DNA of 64,000 bases from the NCBI GenBank assembly GCA_963924565.1, contig OZ004607.1:21762001-21826000 (forward strand), given 5' to 3'. This document shows positions 54,701 to 64,000 of this stretch, piece by piece. Made by a program: the position numbers and the translations under genes. The notes beneath the pieces were generated by a model. That model was not told the DNA's origin, ran no database searches, and worked only from the letters and a program-made list of their open reading frames with translations. The stretch's first letter is position 1. Each line of letters begins with the position of its first letter. This DNA is from Ascidiella aspersa. Taxonomy: Eukaryota.

Positions 54701-57700
54701 AATAAAGTTCCACTTTTCAAAACCGTGGTTGAAGTAAAGCCCGACGTAGTACCTCCTTCAGATAGCGTTTCTCCAGTGGTCTTTGTAGCAGAATTGCCAA
54801 TTGAAACCGCCGATTCAGTACTACCCGACGAAGATATTTTTTCACTTTGTCCGATATTTGTTGTTTCGAAAGTAGAAACACTTGGATATGGAGAAGTGCC
54901 ACTAACATTTGAAATAGAACTGCTAGATAATGACATGGTTTCCATGATACTTGACGAAAGTCCGTTTTTAGATTCTCCCGTTGGTGATAATTTTGATGTT
55001 GAAATTACAGCAAGTGGTGTGTTTTCAGTTGATAACACAGAGCTAAATATCGATTCAGTGGTTTCTGAAAAACTTGAAACAGTGCTGGGATTAGATTCTG
55101 TCGCACCCATCGGGGAACCGGTTAGTGATTGTGGTTTTGGCGCTATACTTGATATTGAACTACCTGACGATATCGCGGTTTTAGGTGTGCTTAATAAAGA
55201 TCCACTTTTCAAAACCGTGGTTGAAGTAAAGCCCGACGTAGTACCTCCTTCAGATAGCGTTTCTCCAGGGGTCTTTGTAGCAGAATTGCCAATGGACACC
55301 GCCGATTCCGTACTACCCGACGAAGATATTTTTTCACTTTGTCCGATATTTGTTATTTCGAATGTAGAAACACTTGGATATGGAGAATTGCCGGTAACAT
55401 TTGAAATAGAACTGCTAGATAATGACATGGTTTCCATGATACTTGACGAAAGTTCGGTTTTAGATTCTCCCGTTGGTGATAATTTTGATGTTGATATTGC
55501 CGCAAATGGTGTGTTTTCAGGTGATGACACAGAGCTAAATATCGATTCAGTGGTTTCTGAAAAACTTGAAACAGTGCTGGGATTTGATTCTGTCTCACCC
55601 ATCGGGGAACCGGTTTGTGATTGTGGTTTTGGCGCTATACTTGATATGGAACTACCTGACGATATCGCGGTTTTAGGGGTGCTTAATAAAGTTCCACTTT
55701 TCAAAACCGTGGTTGAAGTAAAGCCCGACGTAGTACCGCCTTCAGATAGCGTTTCTCCAGGGGTCTTTGTAGCAGAATTGCCAAATGAAACCGCCGATTC
55801 CGTACTACCCGACGAAGATATTTTTTCACTTTGTCCGATATTTGTTGTTTCGAAAGTAGAAACACTTGGATATGGAGAAGTGCCGGTAACATTTGAAATA
55901 GAACTGCTAGATAATGACATGGTTTCCATGATACTTGACGAAAGTTCGTTTTTAGATTCTCCCGTTGGTGATAATTTTGATGTTGAAATTACAGCAAATG
56001 GTGTGTTTTCAGTTGATAACACAGAGCTAAATATGGATTCAGTGGTTTCTGAAAAACTTGAAACAGTGCTGGGATTAGATTCTGTCGCACCCATCGGGGA
56101 ACTGGTTAGTGATTGTGGTTTTGGCGCTATACTTGATATTGAACTACCTGACGATATCGCGGTTTTAGGTGTGCTTAATAAAGTTCCACTTTTCAAAACC
56201 GTGGTTGAAGTAAAGCCCGACGTAGTACCTCCTTCAGATAGCGTTTCTCCAGGGGTCTTTGTAGCAGAATTGCCAATGGACATCGCCGATTCCGTACTAC
56301 CCGACGAAGATATTTTTTCACTTTGTCCGATATTTGTTATTTCGAATGTAGAAACACTTGAATATGGAGAAGTGCCGGTAACATTTGAATTAGAACTGCT
56401 AGATAATGACATGGTTTCCATGATACTTGACGAAAGTTCGGTTTTAGATTCTCCCGTTGGTGATAATTTTGATGTTGATATTACCGCAAATGGTGTGTTT
56501 TCAGGTGATGACACAGAGCTGAATATCGATTCAGTGGTTTCTGAAAAACTTGAAACAGTGCTGGGATTAAATTCTGTCGCCCCCATCGGGGAACCGGTTT
56601 GTAATTGTGGTTTCGGCGCTATACTTGATATTGAACTACCTGACGATATCGCGGTTTTAGGTGTGCTTAATAAAGTTCCACTTTTTAAAACCGTGGTTGA
56701 AGTAAAGCCCGACGTAGTAACTCCTTCAGATAGCGTTTCTCCAGGGGTCTTTGTAGCAGAATTGCCAATTGAAACCGCCGATTCCGTACTACCCGACGAA
56801 GATATTTTTTCACTTTGTCCGATATTTGTTGTTTCGAAAGTAGAAACACTTGGATATGGAGAAGTGCCACTAACATTTGAAATAGAACTGCTAGATAATG
56901 ACATGGTTTCCATGATACTTGACGAAAGTCCGTTTTTAGATTCTCCCGTTGGTGATAACTTTGATGTTGAAATTACAGCAAGTGGTGTGTTTTCAGTTGA
57001 TAACACAGAGCTAAATATCGATTCAGTGGTTTCTGAAAAACTTGAAACAGTGCTGGGATTAGATTCTGTCGCACCCATCGGGGAACCGGTTAGTGATTGT
57101 GGTTTTGGCGCTATACTTGATATTGAACTACCTGACGATATCGCGGTTTTAGGTGTGCTTAATAAAGATCCACTTTTCAAAACCGTGGTTGAAGTAAAGC
57201 CCGACGTAGTACCTCCTTCAGATAGCGTTTCTCCAGGGGTCTTTGTAGCAGAATTGCCAATGGACACCGCCGATTCTGTACTACCCGACGAAGATATTTT
57301 TTCACTTTGTCCGATATTTGTTATTTCGAATGTAGAAACACTTGGATATGGAGAATTGCCGGTAACATTTGAAATAGAACTGCTAGATAATGACATGGTT
57401 TCCATGATACTTGACGAAAGTTCGGTTTTAGATTCTCCCGTTGGTGATAATTTTGATGTTGATATTGCGGCAAATGGTGTGTTTTCAGGTGATGACACAG
57501 AGCTAAATATCGATTCAGTGGTTTCTGAAAAACTTGAAACAGTGCTGGGATTAGATTCTGTCTCACCCATCGGGGAACCGGTTTGTGATTGTGGTTTTGG
57601 CGCTATACTTGATATGGAACTACCTGACGATATCGCGGTTTTAGGGGTGCTTAATAAAGTTCCACTTTTCAAAACCGTGGTTGAAGTAAAGCCCGACGTA

Positions 57701-60700
57701 GTACCGCCTTCAGATAGCGTTTCTCCAGGGGTCTTTGTAGCAGAATTGCCAAATGAAACCGCCGATTCCGTACTACCCGACGAAGATATTTTTTCACTTT
57801 GTCCGATATTTGTTGTTTCGAAAGTAGAAACACTTGGATATGGAGAAGTGCCGGTAACATTTGAAATAGAACTGCTAGATAATGACATGGTTTCCATGAT
57901 ACTTGACGAAAGTTCGTTTTTAGATTCTCCCGTTGGTGATAATTTTGATGTTGAAATTACAGCAAATGGTGTGTTTTCAGTTGATAACACAGAGCTAAAT
58001 ATGGATTCAGTGGTTTCTGAAAAACTTGAAACAGTGCTGGGATTAGATTCTGTCGCACCCATCGGGGAACTGGTTAGTGATTGTGGTTTTGGCGCTATAC
58101 TTGATATTGAACTACCTGACGATATCGCGGTTTTAGGTGTGCTTAATAAAGTTCCACTTTTCAAAACCGTGGTTGAAGTAAAGCCCGACGTAGTACCTCC
58201 TTCAGATAGCGTTTCTCCAGGGGTCTTTGTAGCAGAATTGCCAATGGACATCGCCGATTCCGTACTACCCGACGAAGATATTTTTTCACTTTGTCCGATA
58301 TTTGTTATTTCGAATGTAGAAACACTTGAATATGGAGAAGTGCCGGTAACATTTGAATTAGAACTGCTAGATAATGACATGGTTTCCATGATACTTGACG
58401 AAAGTTCGGTTTTAGATTCTCCCGTTGGTGATAATTTTGATGTTGATATTACCGCAAATGGTGTGTTTTCAGGTGATGACACAGAGCTGAATATCGATTC
58501 AGTGGTTTCTGAAAAACTTGAAACAGTGCTGGGATTAAATTCTGTCGCCCCCATCGGGGAACCGGTTTGTAATTGTGGTTTCGGCGCTATACTTGATATT
58601 GAACTACCTGACGATATCGCGGTTTTAGGTGTGCTTAATAAAGTTCCACTTTTCAAAACCGTGGTTGAAGTAAAGCCCGACGTAGTAACTCCTTCAGATA
58701 GCGTTTCTCCAGGGGTCTTTGTAGCAGAATTGCCAATTGAAACCGCCGATTCCGTACTACCCGACGAAGATATTTTTTCACTTTGTCCGATATTTGTTGT
58801 TTCGAAAGTAGAAACACTTGGATATGGAGAAGTGCCACTAACATTTGAAATAGAACTGCTAGATATTAACATGGTTTCCATGATACTTGACGAAAGTCCG
58901 TTTTTAGATTCTCCCGTTGGTGATAATTTTGATGTTGAAATTACAGCAAGTGGTGTGTTTTCAGTTGATAACACAGAGCTAAATATCGATTCAGTGGTTT
59001 CTGAAAAACTTGAAACAGTGCTGGGATTAGATTCTGTCGCACCCATCGGGGAACCGGTTAGTGATTGTGGTTTTGGCGCTATACTTGATATTGAACTACC
59101 TGACGATATCGCGGTTTTAGGTGTGCTTAATAAAGATCCAGTTTTCAAAACCGTGGTTGAAGTAAAGCCCGACGTAGTACCTCCTTCAGATAGCGTTTCT
59201 CCAGGGGTCTTTGTAGCAGAATTGCCAATGGACACCGCCGATTCCGTACTACCCGACGAAGATATTTTTTCACTTTGTCCGATATTTGTTATTTCGAATG
59301 TAGAAACACTTGAATATGGAGAAGTGCCGGTAACATTTGAATTAGAACTGCTAGATAATGACATGGTTTCCATGATACTTGACGAAAGTTCGGTTTTAGA
59401 TTCTCCCGTTGGTGATAATTTTGATGTTGAAATTACAGCAAGTGGTGTGTTTTCAGTTGATAACACAGAGCTAAATATCGATTCAGTGGTTTCTGAAAAA
59501 CTTGAAACAGTGCTGGGATTAGATTCTGTCGCACCCATCGGGGAACCGGTTAGTGATTGTGGTTTTGGCGCTATACTTGATATTGAAGTACCTGACGATA
59601 TCGCGGTTTTAGGTGTGCTTAATAAAGATCCACTTTTCAAAACCGTGGTTGAAGTAAAGCCCGACGTGGTACCTCCTTCAGATAGCGTTTCTCCAGGGGT
59701 CTTTGTAGCAGAATTGCCAATGGACACCGCCGATTCCGTACTACCCGACGAAGATATTTTTTCACTTTGTCCGATATTTGTTATTTCGAATGTAGAAACA
59801 CTTGGATATGGAGAATTGCCGGTAACATTTGAAATAGAACTGCTAGATAATGACATGGTTTCCATGATACTTGACGAAAGTTCGGTTTTAGATTCTCCCG
59901 TTGGTGATAATTTTGATGTTGATATTGCCACAAATGGTGTGTTTTCAGGTGATGACACGGAGCTAAATATCGATTCAGTGGTTTCTGAAAAACTTGAAAC
60001 AGTGCTGGGATTAGATTCTGTCTCACCCATCGGGGAACCGGTTTGTGATTGTGGTTTTGGCGCTATACTTGATATGGAACTACCTGACGATATCGCGGTT
60101 TTAGGGGTGCTTAATAAAGTTCCACTTTTCAAAACCGTGGTTGAAGTAAAGCCCGACGTAGTACCGCCTTCAGATAGCGTTTCTCCAGGGGTCTTTGTAG
60201 CAGAATTGCCAAATGAAACCGCCGATTCCGTACTACCCGACGAAGATATTTTTTTACTTTGTCCGATATTTGTTGTTTCGAAAGTAGAAACACTTGGATA
60301 TGGAGAAGTGCCGGTAACATTTGAAATAGAACTGCTAGATAATGACATGGTTTCCATGATACTTGACGAAAGTTCGTTTTTAGATTCTCCCGTTGGTGAT
60401 AATTTTGATGTTGAAATTACAGCAAATGGTGTGTTTTCAGTTGATAAAACAGAGCTAAATATGGATTCAGTGGTTTCTGAAAAACTTGAAACAGTGCTGG
60501 GATTAGATTCTGTCGCACCCATCGAGGAACCGGTTAGCGATTGTGGTTTTGGCGCTATACTTGATATTGAACTACCTGACGATATCGCGGTTTTAGGTGT
60601 GCTTAATAAAGTTCCACTTTTCAAAACCGTGGTTGAAGTAAAGCCCGACGTAGTACCTCCTTCAGATAGCGTTTCTCCAGGGGTCTTTGTAGCAGAATTG

Positions 60701-63700
60701 CCAATGGACACCGCCGATTCCGTACTACCCGACGAAGATATTTTTTCACTTTGTCCGATATTTGTTATTTCGAATGTAGAAACACTTGAATATGGAGAAG
60801 TGCCGGTAACATTTGAATTAGAACTGCTAGATAATGACATGGTTTCCATGATACTTGACGAAAGTTCGGTTTTAGATTCTCCCGTTGGTGATAATTTTGA
60901 TGTTGATATTACCGCAAATGGTGTGTTTTCAGGTGATGACACAGAGCTGAATATCGATTCAGTGGTTTCGGAAAAACTTGAAATAGTGCTGGGATTAGAT
61001 TCTGTCGCCCCCATCGGGGAACCGGTTTGTGATTGTGGTTTTGGCGCTATACTTGATATTGAACTACCTGACGATAACGCGGTTTTAGGTGTGCTTAATA
61101 AAGTTCCACTTTTCAAAACCGTGGTTGAAGTAAAGCCCGACGAAGTACCTCCTTCAGATAGCGTTTCTCCAGTGGTCTTTGTAGCAGAATTGCCAATTGA
61201 AACCGCCGATTCCGTACTACCCGACGAAGATATTTTTTCACTTTGTCGGATATTTGTTGTTTCGAAAGTAGAAACACTTGGATATGGAGAAGTGCCACTA
61301 ACATTTGAAATAGAACTGCTAGATAATGACATGGTTTCCATGATACTTGACGAAAGTCCGTTTTTAGATTCTCCCGTTGGTGATAATTTTGATGTTGAAA
61401 TTACAGCAAGTGGTGTGTTTTCAGTTGATAACACAGAGCTAAATATCGATTCAGTGGTTTCTGAAAAACTTGAAACAGTGCTGGGATTAGATTCTGTCGC
61501 ACCCATCGGGGAACCGGTTAGTGATTGTGGTTTTGGCGCTATACTTGATATTGAACTACCTGACGATATCGCGGTTTTAGGTGTGCTTAATAAAGATCCA
61601 CTTTTCAAAACCGTGGTTGAAGTAAAGCCCGACGTAGTACCTCCTTCAGATAGCGTTTCTCCAGGGGTCTTTGTAGCAGAATTGCCAATGGACACCGCCG
61701 ATTCCGTACTACCCGACGAAGATATTTTTTCACTTTGTCCGATATTTGTTGTTTCGAAAGTAGAAACACTTGGATATGGAGAAGTGCCACTAACATTTGA
61801 AATAGAACTGCTAGATAATGACATGGTTTCCATGATACTTGACGAAAGTCCGTTTTTAGATTCTCCCGTTGGTGATAATTTTGATGTTGAAATTACAGCA
61901 AGTGGTGTGTTTTCAGTTGATAACACAGAGCTAAATATCGATTCAGTGGTTTCTGAAAAACTTGAAACAGTGCTGGGATTAGATTCTGTCGCACCCATCG
62001 GGGAACCGGTTAGTGATTGTGGTTTTGGCGCTATACTTGATATTGAACTACCTGACGATATCGCGGTTTTAGGTGTGCTTAATAAAGATCCACTTTTCAA
62101 AACCGTGGTTGAAGTAAAGCCCGACGTAGTACCTCCTTCAGATAGCGTTTCTCCAGGGGTCTTTGTAGCAGAATTGCCAATGGACACCGCCGATTCCGTA
62201 CTACCCGACGAAGATATTTTTTCACTTTGTCCGATATTTGTTATTTCGAATGTAGAAACACTTGGATATGGAGAATTGCCGGTAACATTTGAAATAGAAC
62301 TGCTAGATAATGACATGGTTTCCATGATACTTGACGAAAGTTCGGTTTTAGATTCTCCCGTTGGTGATAATTTTGATGTTGATATTGCGGCAAATGGTGT
62401 GTTTTCAGGTGATGACACAGAGCTAAATATCGATTCAGTGGTTTCTGAAAAACTTGAAACATTGCTGGGATTAGATTCTGTCTCACCCATCGGGGAACCG
62501 GTTTGTGATTGTGGTTTTGGCGCTATACTTGATATGGAACTACCTGACGATATCGCGGTTTTAGGGGTGCTTAATAAAGTTCCACTTTTCAAAACCGTGG
62601 TTGAAGTAAAGCCCGACGTAGTACCGCCTTCAGATAGCGTTTCTCCAGGGGTTTTTGTAGCAGAATTGCCAAATGAAACCGCCGATTCCGTACTACCCGA
62701 CGAAGATATTTTTTCACTTTGTCCGATATTTGTTGTTTCGAAAGTAGAAACACTTGGATATGGAGAAGTGCCGGTAACATTTGAAATAGAACTGCTAGAT
62801 AATGACATGGTTTCCATGATACTTGACGAAAGTTCGTTTTTAGATTCTCCCGTTGGTGATAATTTTGATGTTGAAATTACAGCAAATGGTGTGTTTTCAG
62901 TTGATAACACAGAGCTAAATATGGATTCAGTGGTTTCTGAAAAACTTGAAACAGTGCTGGGATTAGATTCTGTCGCACCCATCGGGGAACTGGTTAGTGA
63001 TTGTGGTTTTGGCGCTATACTTGATATTGAACTACCTGACGATATCGCGGTTTTAGGTGTGCTTAATAAAGTTCCACTTTTCAAAACCGTGGTTGAAGTA
63101 AAGCCCGACGTAGTACCTCCTTCAGATAGCGTTTCTCCAGGGGTCTTTGTAGCAGAATTGCCAATTGAAACCGCCGATTCCGTACTACCCGACGAAGATA
63201 TTTTTTCACTTTGTCCGTTATTTGTTATTTCGAATGTAGAAACACTTGGATATGGAGAAGTGCCGGTAACATTTGAAATAGAACTGCTCGATAATGACAT
63301 GGTTTCCATGATACTTGACGGAAGTTCGGTTTTAGATTCTCCCGTTGGTGATAATTTTGATGTTGATATTACCGCAAATGGTGTGTTTTCAGGTGATGAC
63401 ACAGAGCTAAATATCGATTCAGTGGTTTCTGAAAAACTTGAAACAGTGCTGGGATTAGATTCTGACGCACCCATCGGGGAACCGGTTTGTGATTGTGGTT
63501 TTGGCGCTATACTTGATATGGAACTACCTGACGATATCGCGGTTTTAGGGGTGCTTGATAAAGTTCCACTTTTCAAAACCGTGGTTGAAGTAAAGCCCGA
63601 CGTAGTACCTCCTTCAGATAGCGTTTCTCCAGGGGTCTTTGTAGCAGAATTGCCAATTGAAACCGCCGATTCCGTACTACCCGACGAAGATATTTTTTCA

Positions 63701-64000
63701 CTTTGTCCGATATTTGTTGTTTCGAAAGTAGAAACACTTGGATATGGAGAAGTGCCGGAAACATTTGAAATAGAACTGATAGATAATGACATGGTTTCCA
63801 TGATACTTGACGAAAGTTCGTTTTTAGATTCTCCCGTTGGTGATAATTTTGAAGTTGAAATTACAGCAAATGGTGTGTTTTCAGTTGATAACACAGAGCT
63901 AAATATGGATTCAGTGGTTTCTGAAAAACTTGAAACAGTGCTGGGATTAGATTCTGTCGCACCCATCGAGGAACCGGTTAGCGATTGTGGTTTTGGCGCT
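39702..64000 (-). CDS. Giant PTS (Ser/Thr-rich) exon of a gel-forming-mucin-like gene; 5' end outside the window
   Basis: Stop-free ORF of 8100 aa, Cys-free, about 45% Ser+Thr (46 S and 27 T counted in one 164-aa unit). Splice donor TCTCCTG|GTGAGG at 39702/39701 (phase 1) lies just before the ORF stop at 39664. Confidence 0.93.
39900..64000 (-). repeat. Coding tandem repeat, 492-bp (164-aa) unit; 48 full copies from 63966 down to about 40351, plus a degenerate terminal copy
   Basis: The MG(A/E)TESNP unit start recurs every 492 bp. The last unit (IGVTESNPSS...) is diverged and contains a small insertion. Confidence 0.97.

Noticed and set aside
40449-63764. Many 63-129 aa minus-strand ORFs (ML..ALLHIQVF, MRQNLIP)
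   Set aside because: Alternative-frame shadows of the 492-bp coding repeat.
39900-64000. CRISPR array or non-coding satellite
   Set aside because: No repeat-spacer structure, eukaryotic context, and the unit is a multiple of three with a continuous ORF.

Overview
AT-rich metazoan genomic DNA (an invertebrate, inferred from composition and transposon repertoire; the taxon cannot be fixed from this window). The main feature is the 3' part of a giant minus-strand secreted mucin-like gene. It has one exon of at least 24.3 kb (39702 to beyond 64000) encoding 48 near-identical 164-aa Ser/Thr-rich repeats (492 bp) plus a degenerate last unit. Six small, phase-compatible Cys-rich exons follow, which the ORF track shows only partly or in the wrong frame. 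They encode a Cys linker, a VWC-like module, a VWC domain and an 11-Cys C-terminal cystine knot whose second half lies 10.2 kb away (stop at 24053). The rest of the window is nested transposon debris: a Mag-like Gypsy inserted into a BEL/Pao element, a complete CsRn1-clade Gypsy with LTRs, TSD, Trp PBS and a -1 frameshift signal, a Gmr1-like Gypsy relic, a hAT with its own 160-bp MITE derivative, an Academ-like relic, many hAT MITEs with 8-bp TSDs, a Helitron-like 3' end and a tRNA-Thr(CGT) pseudogene. An orphan RS-rich antisense reading frame sits inside the putative Gypsy 3' LTR.
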